From assembly GCA_041690135.1 (NCBI GenBank), contig JAWLHY010000001.1, positions 512,001 to 576,000 on the forward strand: a stretch of 64,000 bases of DNA, in the 5' to 3' direction. Below are positions 10,467 through 20,884 of the stretch, piece after piece (position 1 is the stretch's first letter; each line of letters opens with the position of its first letter). Origin of the DNA: Armatimonadota bacterium. GTDB taxonomy: Bacteria; Armatimonadota; SYMT01. The position numbers and the translations under genes are program-made. Under the pieces are notes generated by a model, which worked only from the letters and a program-made list of their open reading frames with translations, made no database searches and was not told the origin of the DNA.

Positions 10467-10620
10467 CGTTGTGTCTCCGGCACGAGCTGTCTCATTTGCT
10501 CGCGAACTGAGTGTCCTGAGGCGGCGTGTCCGGAAGCGTGTCTCAAGCGGGAGGGATGTCGTGTCCGAGAGGCGCAATGACCGGTCGCAAACAATAAATG
10601 GGGGCAGGGAGGGAGACCGC

Positions 10621-13539
10621 ATGCTGTTCGAGCCGCCATCCGGGCAGCGGAGCCATCCGCATGGGGCTCCGCTGCAGATCCGGCTCCTGGGCCCGTTCGC
10701 CGTGCAGGTGAACGGTCAACCCCTCCCGCGGCTGAATTCGCGCAAGGGTCACTGGCTGCTGGCACTGCTGGTCCTGCGCAAGGGCCGAGAGGTGGAACGC
10801 TCCTGGGTCGCGGGCACGCTCTGGCCGGAGAGTGAGGAGACGCTTGCCCGCTACAACCTGCGCCGCGAGCTGAGTCACCTGCGTCGCGCCCTCGGATCGG
10901 AGGCCCAGCGCCTCGGCACCACCGGAACTCACACGCTACGACTGGAGTTATCCGGCGCGGAAGTCGACGTGATCGACTTCGACGCCGCTGTCGCGCAGGG
11001 AGATCCGCCCGCGCTGCGCCAGGCCGTGTCGTTGTACGGTGGGCTGCTGCTGGAAGGCTGCACCGAAGATTGGGTGCTGCCGGAGCGCGAGTCGTGTCTC
11101 CAGGCGTATTTGCACGCGTTGGAAACCCTTGCGGCGCATGAGCTCGCCCAGGGGAAGCCGGGGGACGCCGTCCCGTATCTCCGGCGCGCCATCGCCGCCG
11201 ATCCGCTCCGCGAGAGCGCCCATCGCATGCTGATGGAAGCGCTGGCGGCTGGCGGGGAGCGGGCGGCGGCTACCCGGACGTACCGGGACCTGCGTCTTCT
11301 GCTCCACCGGGAGGTGAATGCCGCCCCGGCGCCGGAGACCGACGAGCTGTTCCACCGGATCCGCACGCATACAGACGGCGCCGCCCAGCCCTATCACCGC
11401 ATGGATGGGCCAGTTACTCCCGGTTCGTCCCCCGGGTCGAAGCCTTCCCGTCGCCTTCCGGCGATCCTGACGCGTCTGGTGGGGCGGCAGCGTGAGCTGC
11501 GCGAGATCCGCGATCTGCTCACGACCGCGCGCTTGCTGACCCTGACGGGGGCGGGCGGCGTGGGAAAGTCTCGGCTGGCGATCCACCTCGCCGGGGAAGT
11601 CGAGGCGCGGGGAACGGAGCGGGTCTGGTTCTGCGAGCTGGCGGGCCTCTCCCATTCGGAATTGGTGGTGGAGACGGTTGCCGGGTGCATCGGCGTGCGC
11701 GAGGAGCCGGGTCGGCCCTTGCTGGGCCTGTTGGCGGAGGTCCTGGGCGGCGAACCGGCCCTTCTTATCATCGATAATTGCGAGCATCTCCTGGATGCGT
11801 GCGCATCCCTGGCCTCGGAGCTGTTGAGCGCCTGCCCGCAGTTGCGGATCCTGGCCACCAGCCGACAGTCGCTCGGCGTTCCGGGCGAAGTGGCCTGGCG
11901 GGTTCCCACGCTTTCGGTCACCCCTACCGATAGTCCAGGAGTGGGACCTCCAGCCGCAGAAGCACTGCGGTCCCTGCTGCTGTCTTCCGAAGCAAACCAG
12001 CTCTTCATTGAACGGGCGCGAGAGGTGGAGCCGGGCTTTCAACCCACGCCCACGGAGTTGGCCACCATTGCGCAGCTCTGCCGCCGCCTGGACGGCATCC
12101 CTCTCGCGATCGAGCTGGCGGCCCCTCGTGTGCGGGCCATGTCCGTGGAGCAACTCGCGACGCGCCTCGATGACCGGTTCCGGCTGCTGACGGGGGGCAG
12201 CCGGGTCGCGCTCCCACAGCACCAGACCCTGCGGGCCACGATGGATTGGAGTTACCACCTGCTCAGCCCGGAGGAACAGCAAATGCTCAGCCGGTTGAGC
12301 GTGTTTGCGGGCGGCTGGACCCTGGAGGCGGCCGAGACCGTCTGCGCGGGTGAGGGGATCGACCGGGCAGACGTGCTCGATCTGCTCACCAGCCTTGTGG
12401 ACCGGTCGCTCGTGGTGTTCGAGCGACGCGACAGCGGAGGGCGCTACCGTCTTCTGGAAACGGTGCGCGAGTACGGTCGGGAGCAACTTCCGGGCGACGC
12501 ATGGGAGGCGCTGCGGTCCGCGCATCTCCGTTACCACGTCCGGCTCGCCGAGGGAGCCGAGCCCTATCTCTTCGGCGGTATCAGCGATCGCAACTGGGTG
12601 CTGCGGATCCGGGATGAGATCGATAACCTGCGCGCCGCATTGGACTTCTGCGCCGGGCGTGTGGGTTGGGAAGAAGCGGAGCTGCGGCTGTTGATGGGGA
12701 TCCATTGGTACTGGTTCGCCGCGGGGAGCCTGAAGGAGGGCCGGGACCGCATCCTTTCGGCGCTGGCCCGCGGAACCGCGGTCGATCCCATCGTACGAGC
12801 GCGCGCCCTTTACGGGCTCGGGCTTACCGCGTTTTGGCAGGGCGACTACGCTGCGATCCGTCCCCCACTGGAGGAGAGTCTTCCGGTGCTCCGGGAGGCC
12901 GGTAACCCTGGGTGGACGTCCTGCGCCCTCAGCCTCCTCGGGGCTGCCCTGACCCTCGACCACGAGTTTGAGCGGGGCCGGCGCCTCCTGGATGAAGCGG
13001 CGGAGATCGCGCGGAAGTCCGGAAGTGGGGTTCTGCTCGCCTTCATCCTGTGGTGGCACGGCTTCACGGCCCAACTCCGCGGGGACTACGCCGCCGCTCT
13101 CCATTCTTATGAAGAAGGGCTGGAGGCCGGTCGCACCGCCGGCTCCGCTCCGGCAGTCGCGCACCATAGCTCGCGCCTCGGTTCACTTCTCGCGGAGCGG
13201 GGGGACTTCTCGGCCGCGCGGGAGTATCTGGGCGAAGCGCTCGCCTGCTTCCAGAGCCTGGACGACCGTTGGGGAATGGTGCGGGCCCTGGAGGGCCTGG
13301 GCCGTGTTGCGCTCGCGGAAGGGCGCTGCGAGCCCGCGGCAAAGCTCCTGGGCGCGGTGGAGACGCTGCGGGAGGCCATCGGCGCCTGGATTCCCGTAAA
13401 CGAGCGGCCGGATCATGACCGGGCCGTCGCCGCGCTGCGCGCCGCGCTGGGAGAGGCGGCCTTCGGTCGTCTCTGGGATGAAGGTCGCCGGATGTCTCTG
13501 GAAGCGGCCGCGGAGTTCGTGGGGCGAACCTCCCTCTAA
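10621..13539 (+). CDS. SARP/BTAD - NB-ARC - TPR transcriptional regulator (AfsR-like)
   Basis: IRLLGPF wHTH, BTAD DPLRESAHR, Walker A GAGGVGKS, DNCEH, LDGIPLAIELAA, TPR tail. Confidence 0.92.
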   Translation: MLFEPPSGQRSHPHGAPLQIRLLGPFAVQVNGQPLPRLNSRKGHWLLALLVLRKGREVERSWVAGTLWPESEETLARYNLRRELSHLRRALGSEAQRLGTTGTHTLRLELSGAEVDVIDFDAAVAQGDPPALRQAVSLYGGLLLEGCTEDWVLPERESCLQAYLHALETLAAHELAQGKPGDAVPYLRRAIAADPLRESAHRMLMEALAAGGERAAATRTYRDLRLLLHREVNAAPAPETDELFHRIRTHTDGAAQPYHRMDGPVTPGSSPGSKPSRRLPAILTRLVGRQRELREIRDLLTTARLLTLTGAGGVGKSRLAIHLAGEVEARGTERVWFCELAGLSHSELVVETVAGCIGVREEPGRPLLGLLAEVLGGEPALLIIDNCEHLLDACASLASELLSACPQLRILATSRQSLGVPGEVAWRVPTLSVTPTDSPGVGPPAAEALRSLLLSSEANQLFIERAREVEPGFQPTPTELATIAQLCRRLDGIPLAIELAAPRVRAMSVEQLATRLDDRFRLLTGGSRVALPQHQTLRATMDWSYHLLSPEEQQMLSRLSVFAGGWTLEAAETVCAGEGIDRADVLDLLTSLVDRSLVVFERRDSGGRYRLLETVREYGREQLPGDAWEALRSAHLRYHVRLAEGAEPYLFGGISDRNWVLRIRDEIDNLRAALDFCAGRVGWEEAELRLLMGIHWYWFAAGSLKEGRDRILSALARGTAVDPIVRARALYGLGLTAFWQGDYAAIRPPLEESLPVLREAGNPGWTSCALSLLGAALTLDHEFERGRRLLDEAAEIARKSGSGVLLAFILWWHGFTAQLRGDYAAALHSYEEGLEAGRTAGSAPAVAHHSSRLGSLLAERGDFSAAREYLGEALACFQSLDDRWGMVRALEGLGRVALAEGRCEPAAKLLGAVETLREAIGAWIPVNERPDHDRAVAALRAALGEAAFGRLWDEGRRMSLEAAAEFVGRTSL

Positions 13540-13779
13540 GGGAGGTGGGGAAGTGTCTGAACAGTTTTCGACCCCGCGCCACGGGTCTGTTTCTCCACAC
13601 ACGTCAGTGAGGCTTGCCGGAGTGATCCGTACGGACCTCCATTGGGTGTACCGCACCTGCTCTATTACTTCCACACACCCCTGAAAGTGAAGAAACAGCT
13701 CCGGCTTGCGTGCTTTGAGCTATTGGCTCGGCGAAGCGCCCACACCACCGCCAACTCCGCGCTGAGGCACGCGTCGGCG

Positions 13780-13878
13780 GACATCGCGGGGGAAGTGTGT
13801 GGCGGCGGCTTGCTGGGGCTTATCGAATTGCTTGCGATCAACAAGGCAAGCATGGCCGATGGGCAGAGAAGGTCCTGA
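13780..13878 (+). repeat. diverged 99-bp direct repeat copy A (3' end of small ORF)
   Basis: Encodes DIAGEVCGGGLLGLIELLAINKA*, aligned with 17107-17205. Confidence 0.8.
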
Positions 13879-14124
13879 CAGCGTTTTCACCGCGACCTCT
13901 ACCGGATAGGCTAATACGGCGGGTGCCGGGCACGGCGCCGGGGGTTTTCTGGGAGCGCCAGAGGAACCGGCGGGTGCCGGCTTAAGGTATGTGCGTAGGG
14001 TAGTAGGGCACGCGCGTTCCCCCGCCCGAGTGTCCCCGCTTCCTGGTAGGGTCGCTCCCCGGCGGGTATGGCGAGTGGCCCGTGATTCTTCCTCCCCTTT
14101 CCCCTCCCTTTTCGGAGTTTGCTG

Positions 14125-14580
14125 ATGATCCGGTTGAAAGTGAATGGAGCCGAGCGGACCTTCGACGGCGATCCGCAGATGCCGCTGCTCTGGTACCTGC
14201 GGGACGAGCTGGACCTGACCGGCACCAAGCTGGGCTGCGGGATCTCGCAGTGCGGCGCGTGTACAGTGCACATCGACGGCGAGGCACGCCGGAGCTGCGT
14301 GCTGCCCATGAGCGCCGTGGCGGGTAAGGCGATCACCACGATCGAGGGGCTGAGCCCCAGCGGAACGCACCCGGTCCAGGAAGCCTGGAAGGCCTGCGCC
14401 GTGCCGCAGTGCGGGTACTGCCAGAGCGGGCAAATTATGCAGGCGGTGGCCCTCCTGAAGGAGAAGCCGAAGCCAACCGACGCCGATATCGACGAGGCGA
14501 TGCGGGGCAACATCTGCCGCTGCGGGACGTACCAGCGGATCCGCCAGGCGATCAAGCAGGCTGCGGGGGTGAAGAAGTGA
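14125..14580 (+). CDS. iorA: (2Fe-2S) subunit, isoquinoline 1-oxidoreductase alpha-like
   Basis: [28 protein letters not shown]. Confidence 0.9.
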   Translation: MIRLKVNGAERTFDGDPQMPLLWYLRDELDLTGTKLGCGISQCGACTVHIDGEARRSCVLPMSAVAGKAITTIEGLSPSGTHPVQEAWKACAVPQCGYCQSGQIMQAVALLKEKPKPTDADIDEAMRGNICRCGTYQRIRQAIKQAAGVKK

Positions 14581-16829
14581 GCCGCGTCCAACTGATCAAC
14601 CGCCGCGATTTCCTGGGCGGGCTCCTCTCCGCCAGCGCCTTTCTCGTGGGGTCCACCCTGATCACCGACGAGGCCCTCGCCGCGCCGGCCGCGGGTGGGG
14701 GAGCCTGGAGCCCGAGCGTGTACCTGGGCATCCAGCCTGACGGCACCGTGGTCGTGGTCGCGCACCGCTCCGAGATGGGAACGGGCATCCGCACCGGCCT
14801 GCCGATGATCCTGGCGGACGAGCTGGAAGCGGACTGGAAGCGAGTGAAGATCGACCAGGCCATCGGTGACGAGAAGTACGGGAGCCAGAACACGGACGGC
14901 TCCTGCTCCATCGTCGACTTCTACACCGCCTTCCGCGAGGCGGGCGCGACGGCCCGGCTGATGCTGGAGCGCGCCGCCGCCGCGAAGTGGAACGCCAGCC
15001 CCTCGGACTGCAAGGCGAAGAATCACCAGGTGGTCCATACTCCCACCGGACGAACCCTGGGCTACGGTGAGCTGGCCGCCCTGGCCGCGCAGCAGCCCGT
15101 GCCGCGCAAGGAAGAGCTGAAGCTCAAGTCGCCCGGGGAGTTCCGCTACGTGGGCAAGGGCGTGCCGATTACGGACCTGGACGACATGTGTAACGGCAAG
15201 GCCGTCTTCGGGATCGACGCGAAGATGCCGGGCATGGTCTACGCCTCCGTGGAGCGGCCGCCGGTTTACGGCGGGAAGCTGAAGTCGTGCGACGACTCCG
15301 CGGCCCGCAAGGTGCGCGGCGTTAAGGACGTGGTGATCCTCGACGGGCCGAAGCAGCTCCCGATCCTGTTCCAGCCCCTGGGCGGGGTGGCGGTGATCGC
15401 CGAGAACTCCTGGGCGGCCATCCAGGGCCGGAAAAAGCTGAAGTTGGAGTGGGACCTGGGTGAGAACGCCACGCACGACTCCGAGGCCTTCAAGAAGGAG
15501 TTGATCGCGACCGCCCGGAAGCCGGGCAAGGTGGTCCGCAAGGTCGGGGATGTCGACGCCGAGTTCGCCAAGGGCGGCAAGGTGATCGAGGCGGACTATT
15601 ACACGCCGATGCTTGCCCACGCCCCGATGGAGCCTCCCGCCGCCGTGGTGGAGTACAAGGACGGCAAGGTTGTGGCCCTGGCAGCGACCCAGAATCCGCA
15701 GGCCGTGCAGGAGACGGTGGCCAACGCGGTGGGCATCGATAAGAAGGACGTGATCTGCCACGTGACGCTGCTGGGCGGCGGCTTCGGCCGGAAGTCCAAA
15801 CCGGACTACATCGCCGAGGCGGCGGTCCTCTCCAAGAAGCTGGGCAAGCCGGTGAAGATCGTCTGGAGCCGCGAGGACGACATCCAGCACGACTACTATC
15901 ACACCGTGGCCGCGATGCATATGAAGGCCGTGACGGACGCCAAGGGTCGCCCGACCGCGCTGCTGCAGCGGAGCGTCTTCCCGACCATCGCCTCTACCTT
16001 CGATCCGGCCGCCCGCTACGGCGCGGACTTCGAGATGGCGCATGGCTGGGTGGACATGCCGTTCGACATCCCGAACATCCGGGCGGAAAACGGCGCCGCG
16101 AAGAACCAGTTCCGCGTCGGCTGGCTGCGCTCCGTGGGGAACATCTACCACGCCTTCGCGATCCAGTCGTTCATGGACGAGCTGGCCGCGGCGGCGGGAC
16201 GCGACCGAATCGAGTACTTCCTGGAGGTGCTGGGCGAGCCGCGAAAGATCGACTACGCGGCTGAGGGCACGCAGAACTCCAACTACGGTCGCTCCCACCA
16301 GGACCACCCGGTCGACACCGGCCGGCTGCGGCGGGTGGTGGAGGCCGTGGCGCAGCATTCCGGCTGGAAGCAGAAGAAGGCAAGGAAGGGCCGCGCCCTG
16401 GGTTTCGCCGCCCACCGCAGCTTCCTCAGCTACGTGGCGGCCGTCGCGGACGTGGAAGTGGACCGGGCAGGGAAGATCCGGATCCACCGCGTGGACGTGG
16501 CCGTGGACGCGGGCCAGGTGATCCACCCGGACCGTGTGAAAGCGCAGTTCGAGGGGGCGGCGACCTTCGCGGCGAGCATCGCCCTGTTCGGCGAGATCAC
16601 CATCAAGGACGGGCGGATCCAGCAGTCCAACCTGCACAACTACCCGGTCGCCCGCATTGACCAGGCGCCCATCGTGACTCACGTTCACCTCCTGCCGAGC
16701 GATCACAGCCCGGGCGGGGTGGGGGAGCCGGGCGTGCCGCCGATCGTCGCCGCCATCACCAACGCGGTGTTCGCGGCAACCGGCAAGCGGGTGCGGCATC
16801 TGCCCATCAGCAAGACGAAGCTGGTCTAA
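14577..16829 (+). CDS. iorB: molybdopterin-binding subunit, isoquinoline 1-oxidoreductase beta-like
   Basis: RRDFL Tat motif, [32 protein letters not shown]; GTGA overlap with iorA. Confidence 0.9.
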   Translation: MSRVQLINRRDFLGGLLSASAFLVGSTLITDEALAAPAAGGGAWSPSVYLGIQPDGTVVVVAHRSEMGTGIRTGLPMILADELEADWKRVKIDQAIGDEKYGSQNTDGSCSIVDFYTAFREAGATARLMLERAAAAKWNASPSDCKAKNHQVVHTPTGRTLGYGELAALAAQQPVPRKEELKLKSPGEFRYVGKGVPITDLDDMCNGKAVFGIDAKMPGMVYASVERPPVYGGKLKSCDDSAARKVRGVKDVVILDGPKQLPILFQPLGGVAVIAENSWAAIQGRKKLKLEWDLGENATHDSEAFKKELIATARKPGKVVRKVGDVDAEFAKGGKVIEADYYTPMLAHAPMEPPAAVVEYKDGKVVALAATQNPQAVQETVANAVGIDKKDVICHVTLLGGGFGRKSKPDYIAEAAVLSKKLGKPVKIVWSREDDIQHDYYHTVAAMHMKAVTDAKGRPTALLQRSVFPTIASTFDPAARYGADFEMAHGWVDMPFDIPNIRAENGAAKNQFRVGWLRSVGNIYHAFAIQSFMDELAAAAGRDRIEYFLEVLGEPRKIDYAAEGTQNSNYGRSHQDHPVDTGRLRRVVEAVAQHSGWKQKKARKGRALGFAAHRSFLSYVAAVADVEVDRAGKIRIHRVDVAVDAGQVIHPDRVKAQFEGAATFAASIALFGEITIKDGRIQQSNLHNYPVARIDQAPIVTHVHLLPSDHSPGGVGEPGVPPIVAAITNAVFAATGKRVRHLPISKTKLV

Positions 16830-16870
16830 ACAAGACCGCAGAGCCGGAGGCGCCCTAACACAGAACGGAG

Positions 16871-16913
16871 ACGAGGCAGCGGGCTCGGGGTTTCCCGGGC
16901 CCGCTGCCTCGTA
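16871..16913 (+). terminator. GC-rich hairpin after iorB
   Basis: acgaggcagcgggc...gcccgctgcctcgt perfect 14-bp stem. Confidence 0.55.
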
Positions 16914-16998
16914 CGCTTTCCCAGAGGGAGGCCGTACCTGCGCAGTTACTCGCTCCCCCCTGACCACGGGATTGGGGTCGCGCGATAAAGGGATCGAG

Positions 16999-17205
16999 AT
17001 GAGCGAGCGAGAAGCGCGGAGCCTCCAAAGCGAATACGTCCAGTGGCGCCGGCAGCAGGGTTTTGAGCCAGGCACCGGCCAACGGGCGCTGATCCAGCGT
17101 CTACAGGACATCGCGGCGGAAGAGTGCGGCGGCGGCCTGTTGGGGCTTGTCGAAGTCATGGCAATCAATAAAGCCATCATGGCCGAGGAACAGAACAGGA
17201 CCTGA
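16999..17205 (+). CDS. small hypothetical protein (contains repeat copy B)
   Basis: MSEREARS...CGGGLLGLVEVMAINKA; paralogous 3' end at 13780-13878 supports coding. Confidence 0.55.
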   Translation: MSEREARSLQSEYVQWRRQQGFEPGTGQRALIQRLQDIAAEECGGGLLGLVEVMAINKAIMAEEQNRT

Positions 17206-17239
17206 TGATCCCCAGCCGCGGTTCCCGTCGAAAACCGCA

Positions 17240-17425
17240 CCTGAACGAGCGCCCGGATACGCACTACGGTACTCCGCACGACTATCGGTGTGCAAAAGCT
17301 GCCGCGGCGTGGGCGATCCGATCGGCTTCTCGTTGGAGCAGTTCGACGCGATTGGGCGCTACCGTGAGGTCGAAGAGGGCCGACTGATCGACGCGAACGG
17401 CGGGCTCCCAGACGGCATCCGGTTT
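17240..17425 (+). pseudogene. decayed fragments of DUF1592-family gene
   Basis: LNERPDTHYGTPH ~ LNERLAKHYGIPH (23356) and CKSC..DPIGFSLEQFDAIGR..EVEEGR..DANGGLPDG ~ 23656-23791. Confidence 0.85.
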
Positions 17426-17471
17426 GCCCATTCGAGCGAGGGTGCCGGTGGGGCCAAAACACCGCCAGGTG

Positions 17472-17768
17472 TCAGGCCGGCGGAGATTCTGGGGCGAATA
17501 CCTCACAACTTCCGTCTTCGCCCCGGAACCAGTACAACCGGTTACACGCTGGGCAGTTGTAGATCTGGGTGTAAATGGCACACGCCACCTCATCCAGTTC
17601 CTGAACGATCTCACGGTTCTGTGCGTAATCGTCGGACAGCCGTTCAGCTTCGGCTTCAGCGCGGACGAACCACTCCCGGTCAGCATCCTGAATGGCGATC
17701 CAGAGGTCCGGCTCTGGCGACGGGGTGGTGTCCATCACATGGCCGCACCGGCAAACGAGCTTGCCCAC
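17472..17768 (-). CDS. cassette: small Zn-ribbon-like protein
   Basis: MGKLVCRCGH...YNCPACNRL; GGAGG RBS. Confidence 0.7.
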   Translation of the reverse strand: MGKLVCRCGHVMDTTPSPEPDLWIAIQDADREWFVRAEAEAERLSDDYAQNREIVQELDEVACAIYTQIYNCPACNRLYWFRGEDGSCEVFAPESPPA

Positions 17769-17801
17769 TCCAACCTCCAGTCAGGGCTCCGCCAAAGGAG
17801 G

Positions 17802-17848
17802 GCGGCTAAGGCCCGGTTCACCCGACGAGCACCCGCCAGGCCCCGTGA
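17802..17848 (-). repeat. degenerate attC
   Basis: gcggctaaggcccggttcacccg resembles one arm of the consensus; other arm decayed. Confidence 0.4.
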
Positions 17849-18343
17849 TCATGGGATATCTCTTGCCTCGAATTCCGTTGATGAAGTCGGCCTCTTGAGT
17901 CGTCGGAGACCGGTAGTGACAAGAAGGGCAGCCCAAATCAATGGTAGGAAGTATGGGACCAGGGTTTGGGACCCGAGTGCTCGCGTCCGGTCCAGCAATA
18001 GCGCGCCGAGCAGACAGCCGCCGATCACACTGACCCAACCTCCGGTTCTTCCCTTCCCCTGCAGGATCAGGACGCTGGCGAGCCCCGTTACAGAGCCCAG
18101 GGCAGCGCCTGCTGGGACCGTTGCTAACAGGGTCCAGCCGTATTGCCCCGTCGCGACTGTCCAACGGAAGAATAGCCAGTCGAACATGTAGGTCAGTAAG
18201 GAGAGGCCGAAGCCACCGGCAATGCTGCCGAGGGCGACACCCCCGACAATTCCCAAACCTTGCAACAGGTATCGTAGCCACCGCCCCCGGAGTGGGAAGA
18301 GCCATTCGATACGTTCGAGAGAAAGGGCCTTTCGTTTCATCAC
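17849..18343 (-). CDS. cassette: multi-TM membrane protein
   Basis: About four hydrophobic segments; bounded by attC sites. Confidence 0.7.
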   Translation of the reverse strand: MMKRKALSLERIEWLFPLRGRWLRYLLQGLGIVGGVALGSIAGGFGLSLLTYMFDWLFFRWTVATGQYGWTLLATVPAGAALGSVTGLASVLILQGKGRTGGWVSVIGGCLLGALLLDRTRALGSQTLVPYFLPLIWAALLVTTGLRRLKRPTSSTEFEARDIP

Positions 18344-18370
18344 TGGCTTCTCTCTGGTCCGCTATGCGGA

Positions 18371-18425
18371 GCCGAACGCCAGGCTCACCCCGTCTGTAAG
18401 GATCGGGGACAGCGACTGCTAGGCC
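18371..18425 (-). repeat. attC
   Basis: gccgaacgccaggctcaccccg...cggggacagcgactgctaggcc. Confidence 0.75.
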
Positions 18426-18949
18426 GTGTCAGTAATATGCATTGCGCCCCTGCTACGGAGATATTCCGCAATCTCCGGGTACTGATGCGTGCAGTCCAGC
18501 GGGGTGTTCCGATAACCCGTCTCGGGATCTTCTTCGATGGCATTAACGTCAGCACCCGCTTCGACCAGGATCTTCACGGCTTCCATCTGACCCCATGAGC
18601 AGGCGTATCCAAGTGCTACTTCGCCCGCGTCGTTGCGCTTCTCTGTATCCGCTCCGTATCGCAGGAGCAACCGCAGTCGCTCCAACTCACCTTCACAGGC
18701 GGCCTTCTGAAGTAGGGTCTGGCAAGCGGGTTCCGAGATGGCATCCGGGCTCAAGCCCGCTTGCAGTGCAGGTTCCAGAAGATCGGGAGCATGTCGGTCC
18801 AGGATCTCTATCCAGGTGCCGGCTTGACCTGGAAAGCGATGTAGCTCGGGGTATGCGGTGATGAGACGGATCACCGTGCTGCGGTCCTGCTTTCGTGCAG
18901 CCCGATAGAACCCCCAATAGCCTCTTTTGATTTCTAGCGAATCGGTCAT
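18419..18949 (-). CDS. cassette: ankyrin repeat protein
   Basis: LLQKAACEG...LLRYGAD, ALGYACSWG...LVEAGADVN; stop lies inside attC R''. Confidence 0.85.
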   Translation of the reverse strand: MTDSLEIKRGYWGFYRAARKQDRSTVIRLITAYPELHRFPGQAGTWIEILDRHAPDLLEPALQAGLSPDAISEPACQTLLQKAACEGELERLRLLLRYGADTEKRNDAGEVALGYACSWGQMEAVKILVEAGADVNAIEEDPETGYRNTPLDCTHQYPEIAEYLRSRGAMHITDTA

Positions 18950-18977
18950 GAGGTCAAGGTCGGTAAACTCTTGCGCG

Positions 18978-19071
18978 GCCTAGCGTCTAGCTCACCCACG
19001 CAGCCCCTGCATTACCTGTCGCCTGTGCTGCTGCCGGCGCGGGGCGCCGTCGGTAGCGGCGGATGTTGGGC
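18978..19071 (-). repeat. attC (long class)
   Basis: gcctagcgtctagctcaccc ... gcggcggatgttgggc. Confidence 0.55.
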
Positions 19072-19665
19072 CGCGCTCCGACGCAGCAGCGCTACGATCT
19101 TGGCATCCCCCGCACGCGCTGCTACCTGAAACACCGTCTCCCCATACTCATTCTTGGCGAATGGGTCTGCCCCTCGGGCTAGAAGTAGCTGCGCAATCTG
19201 ATAGTGCTCAGCGGAGTACTCGGTATCCTCAAGCTCCAAGCGCACCGCTTCGTGGAGCGCCGTACCCCCCTGCTTGCGGCGGGCATTGACATCCGCACCT
19301 TTGGCCAACAGAAGGGACACGACAGCGACTCGACCTTCGTCCGCTGCACAGTGAAGAGCAGTGAAGTCATCAAGCCCTTTGGCGTTGACGAGCGCGCCGC
19401 CCTCGATCAAGACTTCGGCTGTATCGAGATCGACGGCATAGAAAAGCGGTGGGTTCTCGGAAGCGTTCTTGGCATTTGGATTCATACCACTGGCAATCAG
19501 CCGCTTTACCTCTGCCACATCACCCTGTCTCGCGGCGAAATGCAGCGGCGTCCAGCCAGCGTCTGGATCCCACACGCCATCCAACGACTGCGGAGGAGCA
19601 CAGCCCGCGAGCCCCACTACCAGGAAGCCGGCAGCCAGGTGGGTTACATGTAAGTGGAACCACAT
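19012..19665 (-). CDS. cassette: ankyrin repeat lipoprotein
   Basis: Lipobox LAGC, repeated TPLH/TALH motifs. Confidence 0.85.
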   Translation of the reverse strand: MWFHLHVTHLAAGFLVVGLAGCAPPQSLDGVWDPDAGWTPLHFAARQGDVAEVKRLIASGMNPNAKNASENPPLFYAVDLDTAEVLIEGGALVNAKGLDDFTALHCAADEGRVAVVSLLLAKGADVNARRKQGGTALHEAVRLELEDTEYSAEHYQIAQLLLARGADPFAKNEYGETVFQVAARAGDAKIVALLRRSAAQHPPLPTAPRAGSSTGDR

Positions 19666-19706
19666 ACCTTGCTCCAATACGGATGGCTTGCGACGCCGAT
19701 GTTGCG

Positions 19707-19760
19707 GCGCAACGCCAAGCTCACCCGTCCATACGGATCGGGTGCAGCGACCTGTTAGAC
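19707..19760 (-). repeat. attC
   Basis: gcgcaacgccaagctcacccgtccatacggatcgggtgcagcgacctgttagac. Confidence 0.9.
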
Positions 19761-20579
19761 CGCGCCCCAACCCAGCGGTTCCGCCTTCCGACAACCGGGA
19801 GTTCGCCGGTGCACCTGCTTTTGAAAGCCAGGTGAACTTCCCTTCAGTCTTCGCAGCATCCTCTTAGCGCCCATCGCGGCAGCATGATTGGGCGACTTAC
19901 CTACATCCTGTAGCACCTGAATCAGCCGTGTACCGTACTCGAAGCGAAAGCTGGAATCCGCGGCTTGGAGGACTTGCTGCGCGGGCTCCTCAGCGTACCT
20001 GGCCAGCACTGCATCTCGAAACCTGGGAAGGAGCCCAAGGCTCACAATCTGGCATGCCATTTCCCGAGCGGTGGGCTCTCGACTTTGGAGATACGAAACA
20101 ATACACTGCTTCTCCCGGGGCACTGGGTGGCCATCTATATGCCAAATCAGGGCTCGCAAGGGTGCTTCGAAACTCTCTCGCGGCCCACCATACTGCGACT
20201 CAGCATCTTTCAGATGCTGTTCCGAGAGCGTCAATAGCTCGCCACGAGCTGGAGCATAGGGTCGAAGGTTGCCAAGGATCCAAATCGCCAGGTCCCTGTG
20301 ACGCTCGGTGAGCCGCTGCGTACGGATATGGTCTGAGAACTCTGCGAACAGTTGTGCAAACTCTGCCCTCGGAACCGGTTTCTCTCGCGAATCGGCCATT
20401 CGCCCCGCCACATATTCGATGCGTGCCTGTGCCTCTTTCATCGAAGCCGTGCGGCTTTGCTCGGGCCGAATTGCCCAGGGCTTCGCTAGGGCAGCGCTCT
20501 TCACGGATGGTTGACTGCACCCCAGCAACATCAACGGAACAAGACCGATTAAACACATCCGAATGGCTTTCAGAAGCAC
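19755..20579 (-). CDS. cassette: lipoprotein, HEAT-like helical
   Basis: Lipobox LLGC; stop TAA in GTCTAAC of attC. Confidence 0.65.
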   Translation of the reverse strand: MLLKAIRMCLIGLVPLMLLGCSQPSVKSAALAKPWAIRPEQSRTASMKEAQARIEYVAGRMADSREKPVPRAEFAQLFAEFSDHIRTQRLTERHRDLAIWILGNLRPYAPARGELLTLSEQHLKDAESQYGGPRESFEAPLRALIWHIDGHPVPREKQCIVSYLQSREPTAREMACQIVSLGLLPRFRDAVLARYAEEPAQQVLQAADSSFRFEYGTRLIQVLQDVGKSPNHAAAMGAKRMLRRLKGSSPGFQKQVHRRTPGCRKAEPLGWGAV

Positions 20580-20719
20580 GCATGCCTCCCGGCTCTAGCA
20601 TCAGACAGAGGGATTGACGTATGCTACGATCAAAGTCCGACTACCAGGCTATGCTGATATCACTTTCCTCAGTACGCTGCGGATTCAATACACCAGCGGG
20701 CCCGTGCCCCTCAAGCGCG

Positions 20720-20772
20720 GTCTAACGTCAACCTCACCCGTCCGTGCGGATCGGGTGCAGCGCCTGTCAGGC
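20720..20772 (-). repeat. attC (first site of array 1)
   Basis: gtctaacgtcaacctcacccgtccgtgcggatcgggtgcagcgcctgtcaggc. Confidence 0.85.
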
Positions 20773-20824
20773 TGCAAATTACACCACTCCAGGTGGAAGG
20801 CAGCCCACGCCAACTGTCCGCTTG

Positions 20825-20853
20825 ATTATACAGCGGCATTGCGATGCCGCCAA
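20825..20853 (-). promoter_or_regulatory. Pc-like sigma70 promoter of array 1
   Basis: Minus strand TTGGCG-N17-TATAAT facing cassettes; conserved at 34444-34472. Confidence 0.75.
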
Positions 20854-20884
20854 CAGCAGCGCCACCTGCGGGCGGACGGTGTCT

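Larger units (their letters stand above)
17450..20772 (-). mobile_element. integron cassette array 1 (5 cassettes)
   Basis: Co-oriented short ORFs separated by attC-like palindromes; Pc and intI remnant at the right end. Confidence 0.85.

Noticed and set aside
13911-17462. 1183-aa minus-strand ORF and similar long antisense ORFs
   Set aside because: Shadow frames of high-GC genes (iorAB etc.) with no motifs
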